Below are positions 7,314 to 16,395 of a stretch of DNA of 64,000 bases, piece by piece. Numbering within the stretch: the stretch's first letter is position 1; each line of letters begins with the position of its first letter. The notes beneath the pieces were generated by a model. That model did not search any database and had not been told where the DNA came from. It saw nothing but the letters and a program-made list of their open reading frames with translations. The position numbers were made by a program, and so were the translations under genes. This DNA comes from an uncultured Subdoligranulum sp. (GTDB lineage: Bacteria; Bacillota; Clostridia; Oscillospirales; Ruminococcaceae): the NCBI RefSeq assembly GCF_904374465.1, contig NZ_CAJFFY010000002.1. One strand, written 5' to 3'.

Positions 7314-7787
7314 GTGCTCGAAAAAATCAGGGAAGCCGTGAAGGGCAAGGCGCGGCGAAAGCATAGCCCAAGGGCGCAGGAACTGGAAGCGCAGCTGCAG
7401 GCTATGCACGACAAGGCAGACCGGTATAAACAAGGGCTTGTGCGGGAGCGTGAGGCACACGGGCAAACCGAAGCGGAGCTGGTGGAAGAACGGCGCTTTG
7501 CTTTCAAGGCGTTTTGCAGGCTCGCCAAAAGACTACTCAGGGGGAAAATCGAGAATGTCAGCATAGAATACAGCGGATTCGGATGCCGCCACGTTCAACT
7601 CGATCTGATGCCGACAGAGGGAGAAGCAAAGGCGCTCGCGGACACGGTATGGGGAACCAAAGAACGTGATCTGCTGGACAGGGATAAGCTGTACCGTGCG
7701 CTGAACGAAGGCATTGAGCGGGGGCAAATTAAGGACCTGACCGATGCCGCGCGCCTGGTACTGGATATGCCCGGAGAGGACGAATAG
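7314..7787 (+). CDS. Hypothetical coiled-coil phage protein
   Basis: GTG start 8 nt after GGAGG; charged, helical composition. Confidence 0.6.
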   Translation: MLEKIREAVKGKARRKHSPRAQELEAQLQAMHDKADRYKQGLVREREAHGQTEAELVEERRFAFKAFCRLAKRLLRGKIENVSIEYSGFGCRHVQLDLMPTEGEAKALADTVWGTKERDLLDRDKLYRALNEGIERGQIKDLTDAARLVLDMPGEDE

Positions 7788-7801
7788 AAAGGGATGGCTT
7801 C

Positions 7802-8008
7802 ATGAACGCTCTTTATTTTGTGATTGCAATGCTGGCCGCGGCCATTGGGCTGCTTGCTGCGTGGTGCAGCGGGAGAGATGTGGGAATGCGGAATGCCGCC
7901 ATGCTGCAGGAGGATAGCGACCCCACGGTCGTGCTGATAATCAGAGAGGGGCCGCGGCCGGGAGAAGGAAAGGAAGAACGGGAGGAACAAGATGGAGCAG
8001 AATTTTGA
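7802..8008 (+). CDS. Small membrane protein
   Basis: MNALYFVIAMLAAAIGLLAAW is a TM helix. Confidence 0.45.
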   Translation: MNALYFVIAMLAAAIGLLAAWCSGRDVGMRNAAMLQEDSDPTVVLIIREGPRPGEGKEEREEQDGAEF

Positions 8009-8561
8009 GGACATGAGCAGGAAGGCCCAGTACAAGCTGCTGTGGGACGAGTACCTTGGAAAGCGCGAAGGCGCAAAAAAACTGATGGAATGGATGGAGG
8101 AAGCCGGATTTTTTGAGTCGCCTGCCAGCACAAAGTACCATGGGAGCTACCCCGGCGGGCTGTGCCAACACAGTCTGAACGTGGCTTTCAACGCGCTTGA
8201 TCTGTGCAGTCTGCCTGCGTTTGAAGGAGTCAGTCGGAACGAGGCCGTGACAGCGGCCCTCCTGCATGATTTGTGCAAAGTCGGTTGCTACTGGCTGGAC
8301 GACAACAGAAGATACCATTACACCGAAGCCTGGGGACTGGGCCATGGAACCGGAAGCGTGACCCTGGCGCAGAGATACATGAAGCTGACCGACGCGGAGC
8401 AGGTGGCGATTCGCTGGCACATGGGAATGTATGGCGACGCGGACAAGGCGGGAGAACTGGCCAGCGCTTACAAGAAGTGCCCGCTGGCCATGCTGCTTCA
8501 CCACGCTGACATGATGGCTACATACTACTGCGATGGGAAAAAAGGAATGGGCCTGGTATGA
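7992..8561 (+). CDS. HD-domain metal-dependent phosphohydrolase
   Basis: Motifs KYHG ... CQHSL ... LLHDLCK ... GHG ... HHADMMA, typical of the HD superfamily. Confidence 0.75.
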   Translation: MEQNFEDMSRKAQYKLLWDEYLGKREGAKKLMEWMEEAGFFESPASTKYHGSYPGGLCQHSLNVAFNALDLCSLPAFEGVSRNEAVTAALLHDLCKVGCYWLDDNRRYHYTEAWGLGHGTGSVTLAQRYMKLTDAEQVAIRWHMGMYGDADKAGELASAYKKCPLAMLLHHADMMATYYCDGKKGMGLV

Positions 8562-9317
8562 AGCACATCCTTTCGCTTTCCTACGGAAAAGACAGTCTTG
8601 CTTGCCTGGGAGCAATTGAACAGTTGGGATGGCCGCTTGACAGCATAGTGCACGCCGAGGTATGGGCAACCGACACGATACCAGCAGACTTGCCGCCGAT
8701 GGTGGAGTTTAAGGCCAAGGCGGACAAGATCATCAAGGAGCGGTGGGGTATTGAGGTTGAGCACATCCGGCATCGGATGAACTACGAAGAAATGTTTTAC
8801 CGACCAATTTGCAGAGGACCGGCAAAGGGAACACTGAAAGGCTGGCCGCTGATAAAAGGCGGATGGTGCAGACACCTAAAAGTTACCGACAAGTTAAGCC
8901 CAAAAGGAATCGTTTCATACATTGGCATAGCCGCGGATGAGCCGAACCGTTTTCACGTTCTGTCTGAAACAAAGAGATCCCCTCTTGTAGAGGCTGGATG
9001 GGATGAACCTTACTGTCGCCAATGGTGCGAGGAAAACGATCTGCTTTCTCCAATATACACAACCGCAACCAGGGGGGGGGTGCTGGTTCTGCCATAACCA
9101 GGGAGTCGGGCAACTTCGATTGCTGAGAAGGAATTACCCGGAACTATGGGCGCTCATGCTGAAATGGGACAATGACAGCCCGGTTACATTCCATGCAGAT
9201 GGCCACACGGTGCACGACTTCGACGAACGCTTTGCACTGGAAGATCAAGGAATCGTGAGCGCAGACGAGCCGTGGAAATGGTCGTATCTGGAAGAAGTAC
9301 AGCTGAAATGGAGGTAA
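8558..9317 (+). pseudogene. PAPS-reductase-like PP-loop protein interrupted by a frameshift in a G9 tract
   Basis: N-terminal ORF 8558..9097 has the PP-loop variant SLSYGKDS. The C-terminal continuation (CWFCHNQGVGQLRLLRRNYPELW...) is in the neighbouring frame (ORF 9003..9317). The frames meet at the G run 9072-9080; eight Gs would fuse them. Confidence 0.7.
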
Positions 9318-9319
9318 CG

Positions 9320-9442
9320 ATGACAATTGTTGAAGCAATAGCAAGTGGGGTGCTATGTATTTTGCAAGGGGTTGCCTACGGAATAGTTATAGTCGCATTC
9401 TTTTTGCCGTGGGTGGCAATCTTATGGATTTTAAGAAAGTAG
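9320..9442 (+). CDS. Small membrane peptide (40 aa)
   Basis: MTIVEAIASGVLCILQGVAYGIVIVAFFLPWVAILWILRK; GGAGG upstream. Confidence 0.35.
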   Translation: MTIVEAIASGVLCILQGVAYGIVIVAFFLPWVAILWILRK

Positions 9443-9515
9443 AAAGACATATCCCGGAACCAGCAGGAAATAACGGGTAAGGACATTAGTGTCCGTAGCA
9501 GAAAGGAAAAGAAAA

Positions 9516-9902
9516 ATGAAAAATATTAAAAGAAAATGGCGTTGGTGGATGATCTGTTTCGTGATGTTTCTGATGGTCGCCTGGGTGGCATTTCTGGTGG
9601 CGACACCCCTTGTGGGAACGTTCAACACTCACACCGCCACCGTAACGGTCACGGATAAGGATCGCATTACCACCTCGACCGATAGCAAGTACATGATCTT
9701 CGGAAAAGACGAGAACGGCCAGGCCGTGGTGTATGAAAACACCGACAATATGCTGCGTGGGAAGTGGGATTCCTCAACACTGCAGGCCGAGATGGAAGTC
9801 GGCAAAACCTATGAGGTACAACTGGTGGGATTCCGCAATCCTGTTTTCAGTTGGTATGAAAACATTTTGGATGCGGAGCCGGTGGGGGTGCAAGAACAGT
9901 GA
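9516..9902 (+). CDS. N-terminally membrane-anchored hypothetical protein
   Basis: MKNIKRKWRWWMICFVMFLMVAWVAFLVA is a TM anchor; a GTG alternative start lies at 9489. Confidence 0.6.
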   Translation: MKNIKRKWRWWMICFVMFLMVAWVAFLVATPLVGTFNTHTATVTVTDKDRITTSTDSKYMIFGKDENGQAVVYENTDNMLRGKWDSSTLQAEMEVGKTYEVQLVGFRNPVFSWYENILDAEPVGVQEQ

Positions 9903-10276
9903 CCATACAAGAGGTCCAGCAGCTGGCATTTGATCTGAAACAGAATATCAACGGCTGGGGCACGATGAACAGCCAGAGAAAGAGAGCGGCAGCTGCAATC
10001 GAAAACCTGGTGGAAATGATCTGTGATCTGCGCGTGGATAACGCCGAGCTGCTGCGAACCATCATTGAAATCCAGAGAATGGATAACCCGATGAAAAATA
10101 CTGTGACATATACGATGACCTATTCCAGCGTGCTGGGGCACAGCCAGGTATGGGACATTGCATGGATGGTGTTTTTTGGGCTGATGCAGGAGGACCAGGA
10201 GCGCCGCAAAGAGATGGCGGAAGAACAGAAACGCAGGACAAGGAAACAATTTGAGAATGAAAATCGGGCTGATTGA
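9899..10276 (+). CDS. Hypothetical phage protein
   Basis: GTGA overlap with the upstream stop. Confidence 0.5.
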   Translation: MTIQEVQQLAFDLKQNINGWGTMNSQRKRAAAAIENLVEMICDLRVDNAELLRTIIEIQRMDNPMKNTVTYTMTYSSVLGHSQVWDIAWMVFFGLMQEDQERRKEMAEEQKRRTRKQFENENRAD

Positions 10277-11180
10277 CGTGGACGGGCACCGGTTCCCAAA
10301 CCTGGCGCTGATGCGAATATCCGCATACCACAAAGCGCGGGGGGATACCGTGGAATGGTGGTGGAGCGACTTTGTACATTACGACATTGTCTACATGAGC
10401 AAAATCTTTTCGGATTCTTACAGCCCGGATGTGCCGGAGCCGATCAACGCAGACAAGGTGATCAAAGGCGGCACCGGATATGCCATTTCAATGCGGGGTG
10501 GGAGAGAGGTTTTTCTGAAAGACCATGACAGGGAGCTTCCGCCGGAGATTGAAAGAATGTTCCCGGACTACAGCCTGTATCCGCAATACCCGTTCGCAGT
10601 AAGCATGACCAGCAGAGGATGCCCGCGCGGATGTGCTTTTTGTCATGTGGCGGCAAAGGAGGGGCGCTGCTCCCGCAAGGTGGCAGATGTGAAGGACTTC
10701 TGGTGTGGACAAAAAGAAATAAAAGTGCTGGACCCCAACATCACCGCCTGCCCGGAAAAGCGGGATTTGATGAACCAGTACAAAGAAACCGGCGCACTGA
10801 TCGACTTTACACAGGGCCTGGACATTCGGCTGCTGGATGTGAAAGACATTCGGGATGTCAACGATATGCGGATAAAAGAAATTCATTTCGCATGGGATAA
10901 CCCGGCGGATGATCTAAGAGAGAAGTTCTATCTGTATACAAAGCTGGCAAAACACAGACCGCACGGAAGTTTTGGAACCGTGTACATCCTGACAAACTAC
11001 CAGAGCACCATGGAAGAAAACCTCCACAGGATATACACCTTACGTGATCTTGGATATGACCCCTATGTCATGATTTATGATAAACCGAACGCGCCGAGAG
11101 AAATCCGGAGGTTACAGCGCTGGTGCAACAACCGATTTATTTTCAAAACGTGCAGGGACTTTAATAGCTACATGGGGTGA
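10257..11180 (+). CDS. Radical SAM protein with N-terminal B12-binding-like domain
   Basis: CX3CX2C motif (SRGCPRGCAFCHV) about 120 aa from the N-terminus MKIGLIDVDGHRFPNLALMRISAYHK. Confidence 0.75.
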   Translation: MKIGLIDVDGHRFPNLALMRISAYHKARGDTVEWWWSDFVHYDIVYMSKIFSDSYSPDVPEPINADKVIKGGTGYAISMRGGREVFLKDHDRELPPEIERMFPDYSLYPQYPFAVSMTSRGCPRGCAFCHVAAKEGRCSRKVADVKDFWCGQKEIKVLDPNITACPEKRDLMNQYKETGALIDFTQGLDIRLLDVKDIRDVNDMRIKEIHFAWDNPADDLREKFYLYTKLAKHRPHGSFGTVYILTNYQSTMEENLHRIYTLRDLGYDPYVMIYDKPNAPREIRRLQRWCNNRFIFKTCRDFNSYMG

Positions 11181-11195
11181 GGAGGGAAATGGAGC

Positions 11196-11552
11196 ATGAA
11201 ACCTGAAGGCGACTACGTGGCGAAATCGGAAGATGTCCAAAGCTTCTTTGCGTGGACGGGATTGAAGGTGATAACTACTTATTCGCTAGGACGATGGGTA
11301 CAGAAACGACGGCACAAGAAGAAGCGCATCAATAAAAAATGGTTGAAGCGGTTCGGGATGGTCAATGTATCAAACGGTTTCTTCACGCTTATAGACGAAA
11401 CCAATGGCGTAATGTACGTCCACCCGGACAACTGGGAAAAAATAGTTAAAGCGATGCAGGAAAGAGAAAAGCGGCTGGGCATAAGCCCGTACGAAACGGG
11501 CGGGGCTCCCGGGGGAACAACCGGAGGGAAAAGTCAATGCTGGATGAAGTGA
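11196..11552 (+). CDS. Hypothetical basic phage protein
   Basis: GAGGAGGG RBS; contains KRRHKKKRINKKW. Confidence 0.55.
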   Translation: MKPEGDYVAKSEDVQSFFAWTGLKVITTYSLGRWVQKRRHKKKRINKKWLKRFGMVNVSNGFFTLIDETNGVMYVHPDNWEKIVKAMQEREKRLGISPYETGGAPGGTTGGKSQCWMK

Positions 11553-12376
11553 ACGAAACAATCATGTACCTGGATATGTGTGATCTGGACCAGATCGCAG
11601 AAAGCGGACAATGCTTCCGCTGGATGCCGTGCCGTGAAGGAGGATACCTCGTGCACGATGGCGCAGACCAGGCGTACATAAAGCAGATCGGGACTGTACT
11701 GGTGGTGCGGTACGCGGGCAACACGTTGGCCAAGTGGTTCCGATACCTGGATGCCGGAACGGATTACAGGCACATCCTGGAAAGCATTCCCGACGACGAC
11801 AAGTATCTGCGCGCCGCTGCTGATCGGGGGTGCGGGCTGCGGATTCTCAGAGCGGACCTGTGGGAAACCATGGTTTCTTTCATCATTTCCCAGAACAACA
11901 ACATCCCCCGTATCAAAGCGAGCATCTATGCGCTGTGCCGCAAGCTGGGGAAGCCCCGGCGGTCATTGTTGGGAGAAGTGGGAAAAGACCTGGGGAAAGA
12001 TTTCTATTTCACATTCCCCACCCCGGCGGATATGGCCGATCTGGATGCGCTGCAGGGGCTGGGACTGGGGTACCGGGATAAGTACCTGGCCGAACTGGCG
12101 CGGGATGTAATGCTGGGACGATTCCGGCCGGACAAGCTGCAGGATATGTCCACCGATGAGGCCCACCGTTATCTGAAAAGCGTGCGGGGAATCGGGGACA
12201 AGGTGGCCAACTGCATTTTGCTGTTTGGCCTGGGTCGGCATGATGCGTTCCCGGTGGACACCTGGATGAAGAAGATCATCGACCGGGAGTACGGCGGGAA
12301 GTTCCCACTGGAACGATACAGCGGAACTGCAGGAGTAATTCAGCAGTATATGTTTTACGCAGAAAGGACTCGGTGA
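11537..12376 (+). CDS. HhH-GPD DNA glycosylase, 8-oxoguanine glycosylase (Ogg)-like
   Basis: SGQCFRW N-terminal motif; LWETMVSFIISQNNNIPRI; HhH segment LKSVRGIGDKVANCILLFG followed by AFPVDTW (catalytic Asp region). Confidence 0.75.
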   Translation: MLDEVNETIMYLDMCDLDQIAESGQCFRWMPCREGGYLVHDGADQAYIKQIGTVLVVRYAGNTLAKWFRYLDAGTDYRHILESIPDDDKYLRAAADRGCGLRILRADLWETMVSFIISQNNNIPRIKASIYALCRKLGKPRRSLLGEVGKDLGKDFYFTFPTPADMADLDALQGLGLGYRDKYLAELARDVMLGRFRPDKLQDMSTDEAHRYLKSVRGIGDKVANCILLFGLGRHDAFPVDTWMKKIIDREYGGKFPLERYSGTAGVIQQYMFYAERTR

Positions 12377-12948
12377 AGAAAATGGACTTAAAGAAGCTCG
12401 CAGCACTGTGCAAACGAACGGGAACCCTGCGCCTGGTGCATATGGGGAGTACTCTGTTTGCCGGAACTGACGCCGCGCTCTATAAGCTGCCTGGCACGCT
12501 GCCGGTTATCCATAATCCGGAGGAGCTGATGGCGGTGCTTGGGTACACAGATAAGGTGGCCGGGAAAATGTACACCAAAAGTGACATCTACGACGAACTT
12601 CTGAAAAACGGCGGGCCTTGTTTGGAGGATGCTCTGGAAGGAGAACGGATTTGCGATGAATCCAGGTACGACCTGATTGCTGGAAACTATGTGCTCCACG
12701 GACTGGAATGCGACGATGCCACAATAGACTTCATCGACAATGCGATACTGGCGCCGGTATCGGATGAAATTGGCGGGTACACAGAGTTCTACCGACGGGA
12801 GATGCCGTCGGGAAAACACTACTATGTACTTAAAGACGGTATGGACCTGCTGGCCATGGTACTGCCGTTGCAGGTACTGAGCGACGAGCTGGCCGGGAAC
12901 CTGGAAGAAATGGCAAACATGGTATACCGCGCCATGGGCAAAAAGTGA
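12373..12948 (+). CDS. Hypothetical phage protein
   Basis: 191-aa ORF overlapping the upstream stop. Confidence 0.55.
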   Translation: MKKMDLKKLAALCKRTGTLRLVHMGSTLFAGTDAALYKLPGTLPVIHNPEELMAVLGYTDKVAGKMYTKSDIYDELLKNGGPCLEDALEGERICDESRYDLIAGNYVLHGLECDDATIDFIDNAILAPVSDEIGGYTEFYRREMPSGKHYYVLKDGMDLLAMVLPLQVLSDELAGNLEEMANMVYRAMGKK

Positions 12949-13087
12949 AAAGCTGAACACAAGTCTAAAACCATGCGGCCTTCGGGCCGCTGGGGGGCTT
13001 GTATAGGGTTTTATCTTTACGCCCTTCTACCATATATTTCCAGACATTTGAAAGCACACTGGGGGAGCCTGCAAAGGCTGGGGACGA

Positions 13088-13978
13088 ATGAAACAGAAAA
13101 CCTACATCCGAGAACAGAAAACCGTATGCGGAAAAGAATACATGGAGGTAGACCTTTTCCGAGTGACAGAAGCGGAACACAAGGCATCCCGCCGAGCCAA
13201 AAAAGAAAAGGCAAGCAGCATTGCCATGCAGAACTGCAACGAGCGATACTCCCGGCGTTATCTCAACCAGCTTGTGGCCACAAATTTCAGCCGAGAAGAA
13301 GGGGCGATGGTGCTGCACCTGACCTACGAGGACGGCTATCTGCCGGGTACCTGGGAAGAAGCAGGACGGGACCTGTCGAATTTCGTGAGGAAGATCAACC
13401 GACGGTGCAAGAAAAAGGGGCTGCCAAAGGCCAAGTGGATAGGTGTCACGGAACACCAAGACAAAAAGCTGACGGAAAACGTGAAAGAAGTGCGGTTCCA
13501 TCATCACATGATTTTGCAGTGCGGGTTGGGTCTGGACGAAATCAAAGACAGCTGGAGCACTGGGCGCGGATTGTGGCAGGAGCCATTGGGCCTAATCACA
13601 GCCGACCGGGCCGAGTTCAAACACGGGACGTTGGACGCCTTCTGCCAGTACATAACCAAGTACCCCCGGCGGAAACGCCGGTGGCGCCAGAGCCAGGGAC
13701 TAAAAAAGCCGGAACGGCCGGTGCCGAACGACACAAGGTACAGCCCCCGGAAATTGGACCAGGTAGCGCGGGAGAGAATCGATGATCGCGAGTTCTGGGA
13801 AAGTCGGTACGGGAAACAGAAGCGCTGGGACGGAGAGCGGGAATACCGGTTCGTGGAAGCGGAAGCCAGGTATAACGACGTAGCCGGGACATGGCACGTT
13901 ACGGCGAAGTTTTGGGCAGACCCCCGGCGGCAGCCCGGAAAGCGGAAAGGCAAAAAGGGGGCAGATGCGTGTCGGTGA
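13088..13978 (+). CDS. HUH-superfamily rolling-circle Rep-like protein (phiX174 gpA / P2 gpA type)
   Basis: HUH-type motif VRFHHHMIL and a two-tyrosine motif FCQYITKY (YxxKY). Confidence 0.55.
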   Translation: MKQKTYIREQKTVCGKEYMEVDLFRVTEAEHKASRRAKKEKASSIAMQNCNERYSRRYLNQLVATNFSREEGAMVLHLTYEDGYLPGTWEEAGRDLSNFVRKINRRCKKKGLPKAKWIGVTEHQDKKLTENVKEVRFHHHMILQCGLGLDEIKDSWSTGRGLWQEPLGLITADRAEFKHGTLDAFCQYITKYPRRKRRWRQSQGLKKPERPVPNDTRYSPRKLDQVARERIDDREFWESRYGKQKRWDGEREYRFVEAEARYNDVAGTWHVTAKFWADPRRQPGKRKGKKGADACR

Positions 13979-14430
13979 GATTAGAACTGGACGACCTGCC
14001 ACCGCGATACCGGGAGCAAGCCTTAAAGCAGATCGCCGACCGAGAAAGGCGCCGGGCAAAAAGGGTTGAGCCGGTAGCCAAGGTACAAATGACGGGGATT
14101 TTGCCGCAGAATGCACCGAAAAGCGAACAGGACTACTACCTGACGGTGATCCTGCCGAAAATACAAAGCGGAGAGGTCGTGAAGGTACTGCCGAGGGAAA
14201 CATTTTTGCTATTGCCCCGGCGAGTGTTCTGCGGAATCAAACTGCCGGCCGCACACTACACCCCGGATTTTTTGTTGGAGCACCGTGACGGGAAGATTGA
14301 GGCGGTGGAGGTTAAGAGCAAATTCACGCGGGCCGCCCAGCGGGATTATATCTATCGCCGCCGCCTTTTCATTGACCTTATAGCCGAGCCGAGAGGGTGG
14401 ACGTTTACCGAGCACATAACGGAGGAATAG
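13969..14430 (+). CDS. DUF1064-type (PD-(D/E)xK-like) phage nuclease
   Basis: YTPDFLLEHRDGKIEAVEVKSKFT pattern; GTG start 7 nt after AAGGGGG. Confidence 0.55.
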   Translation: MSVRLELDDLPPRYREQALKQIADRERRRAKRVEPVAKVQMTGILPQNAPKSEQDYYLTVILPKIQSGEVVKVLPRETFLLLPRRVFCGIKLPAAHYTPDFLLEHRDGKIEAVEVKSKFTRAAQRDYIYRRRLFIDLIAEPRGWTFTEHITEE

Positions 14431-14433
14431 CAC

Positions 14434-15024
14434 ATGAAACAGGTGCCGAGATTTTACCAAAAAAACATAGCGCGCGGAGCTGTAAAAAAGACGGGGACAG
14501 ACCCGGAGCAACGCAGAGAAGCAGTAGCACAGGCGGTATACTGGTGCATGGTCATTGCAATGCACGAAGAATTGCGGCTGGGAAAGGAAACCTTGGAAAG
14601 GTTCGGGGCGGTGATGCAAACCGTTGTAACCAGCTACGAGAATAAGATCAATGCTGTTGGAAGGAAACGGGCGGACGCCTGGCTTGACGAGCAAACAAAG
14701 GGATTGCGGTTTGTGCTGCCGGCCATTAGGCCGATTAAAAAGGCGAGGGACCGGGAGGAATTGGCCAGAAAACGGCAGGATGCAGACCCGGTGTGGAAAC
14801 TGTGCTCGGTTTCGCTGAGAGAGATGGGATATGGAACGCTGCGACAGCAGCGGTGGCTTGATAGGGCGGAAGAAGAGTACCGGTGGTTCGGAGAGTGGGC
14901 GAAGGATGGCGACCTTTACGGGTTTGAGCGCCTGCGCGCTGCGCTGGAACAAATACTGCGCGAAAGCATGGAGCTTGTCATCCAGCCGGGAGAAAGCCCG
15001 GTGTTCTCGAACAGAATTTGGTGA
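14434..15024 (+). CDS. Hypothetical phage protein
   Basis: 196-aa ORF packed tightly after the upstream gene. Confidence 0.55.
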   Translation: MKQVPRFYQKNIARGAVKKTGTDPEQRREAVAQAVYWCMVIAMHEELRLGKETLERFGAVMQTVVTSYENKINAVGRKRADAWLDEQTKGLRFVLPAIRPIKKARDREELARKRQDADPVWKLCSVSLREMGYGTLRQQRWLDRAEEEYRWFGEWAKDGDLYGFERLRAALEQILRESMELVIQPGESPVFSNRIW

Positions 15025-15034
15025 GGTGGTCAAA

Positions 15035-15517
15035 GTGAGTGGAGCAGATGCAGAAATCGTCATGCAATACTATGGCCAGATCAAGGCCATGCGCCGGATT
15101 TTGAGGAAAGAACGGGAAGAGCTGGAATCCGGGTACAACACCATCCATGGAACAGGAATGGACGGAATGCCGAAAGCGCCTGGCGCTGGTGACGTTGTGG
15201 GAGAAACTGCTACAAGACTGGCGGAAGAAGGGGTAGCAGATCGCCTGCAAGAGCTGGACGTAAGGGATGAGGTTCTGCGTCAGGACATGGAGGACATCGG
15301 GAGGGCGCTGCGGGTGCTGCGCGATGTATACAGCCAGGCGTTGACGATGCATTACCGGGACAGACACAAATGGAGAGAAGTGGCCGGGATTATGAAGTAC
15401 AGCGAAAGTCATATACTGCGGCTGCGCAGGAGGGCGTTGGAAATGCTTGGGGAACAGCTGGAAGAAGTGCCGATGTCAGGAGAACTCCTCGCGCGCGCAC
15501 GCGACGCGCGCGCGTAA
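15035..15517 (+). CDS. Sigma-70 region-4-like / RinA-ArpU-type transcriptional regulator (putative late activator)
   Basis: C-terminal HTH: ALTMHYRDRHKWREVAGIMKYSESHILRLRRRALEML. It is the last + strand gene before the inverted block. Confidence 0.5.
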   Translation: MSGADAEIVMQYYGQIKAMRRILRKEREELESGYNTIHGTGMDGMPKAPGAGDVVGETATRLAEEGVADRLQELDVRDEVLRQDMEDIGRALRVLRDVYSQALTMHYRDRHKWREVAGIMKYSESHILRLRRRALEMLGEQLEEVPMSGELLARARDARA

Positions 15518-15712
15518 AAAGAAACGCCAAGATCACGGGCAGGATGAATGGGTCCTGCGCGGCCGTTGTGCAGGCAACCAAGAAATTGAAAAAAGACCGG
15601 AGCCATATATTGCAGCCAAGAAACAAAAAATATTTTATCGGGTGCGCGATTTCGTTTCCACGAATCGAAAAAGCGAAGCCGAGAAAAACAACTTGCGAAT
15701 AGACAAAGAAAA

Positions 15713-15749
15713 GCCCCCAACTTGTAAGTGGTTCTTACAGGTTGGGGGT
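15713..15749. terminator. Hairpin terminator between convergent transcription units
   Basis: GCCCCCAACTTGTAAG / CTTACAGGTTGGGGG stem. On the minus strand it is followed by CTTTTCTTTGTC. Confidence 0.65.
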
Positions 15750-15819
15750 ACTGCGTTTGGCAATATTTTTCTAGGCAGGGAGATTTATTTAGCACCTACT
15801 TTCTCGGCCGGCTGGCTGT

Positions 15820-16041
15820 TTACTTGTGTATCGTCGAACCACTTCTGCGACACAATTCCGCTTTGATGTCAAATACTTTTTGGCGGGCACGTTCCCACGA
15901 CTTCAATGAAGGCAGTTTGGAAAGCCTCATGCCGGCGCCCCATCCAAGATCGGATTTTACAGTTTCGGCATAGTATTTTCTTTCGGCGGCAGAGAGCATC
16001 TTTTGGAGGGTTTCGGTTTTATATCTTGTGTAGTCGGCCAT
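15820..16041 (-). CDS. Hypothetical protein (73 aa)
   Basis: GAAAGGAGG RBS. Confidence 0.6.
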   Translation of the reverse strand: MADYTRYKTETLQKMLSAAERKYYAETVKSDLGWGAGMRLSKLPSLKSWERARQKVFDIKAELCRRSGSTIHK

Positions 16042-16055
16042 AGCAATGCCTCCTT

Positions 16056-16283
16056 TCAGTTATGGGGATAATAGGCCACGACTTCGCCGGTGATGCTGTC
16101 GTGACGGCTGATGATGGTATAGCCGAATTGCTCCACATCGGAGTTGGCGGATTGCAGCACAGCGGCGATGTACTCCGGGCCGCGATGAGCGAAACGATCA
16201 GGCTTTGTGTAGCGTCGGCGGAAATCTTCGACGCTGGCGGCAGGGACCTGGTATTTCTTGAAAACATCGTGCAGATTTTTCAT
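16056..16283 (-). CDS. Hypothetical protein (75 aa)
   Basis: GAAAGGAG RBS. Confidence 0.6.
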   Translation of the reverse strand: MKNLHDVFKKYQVPAASVEDFRRRYTKPDRFAHRGPEYIAAVLQSANSDVEQFGYTIISRHDSITGEVVAYYPHN

Positions 16284-16313
16284 GCGGAAATCTCCTTTCG
16301 TTTTGTGCTATCT

Positions 16314-16362
16314 GGCTGGGGTCGGGTCGCTTTGTTTCCGGTGCGGCCCGCGAAGGTGTCCG
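16314..16362 (-). repeat. Intergenic repeat family A, copy 1
   Basis: GGCTGGGGTCGGGTCGCTTTGTTTCCGGTGCGGCCCGCGAAGGTGTCCG; near-identical to the copies at 17682-17730 and 17961-18009. Confidence 0.9.
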
Positions 16363-16395
16363 GGCGTCATTTTCGTGGGGTCACGAAATTGGTTG

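Noticed and set aside
15713-15749. Shared GCCCCCAAC...GTTGGGGG stems in the terminators at 15713 and 49196 as evidence of a duplicated element
   Set aside because: Only the 8-10-bp stems match. The loops and flanks differ, which is more likely convergence of GC-rich terminator stems.
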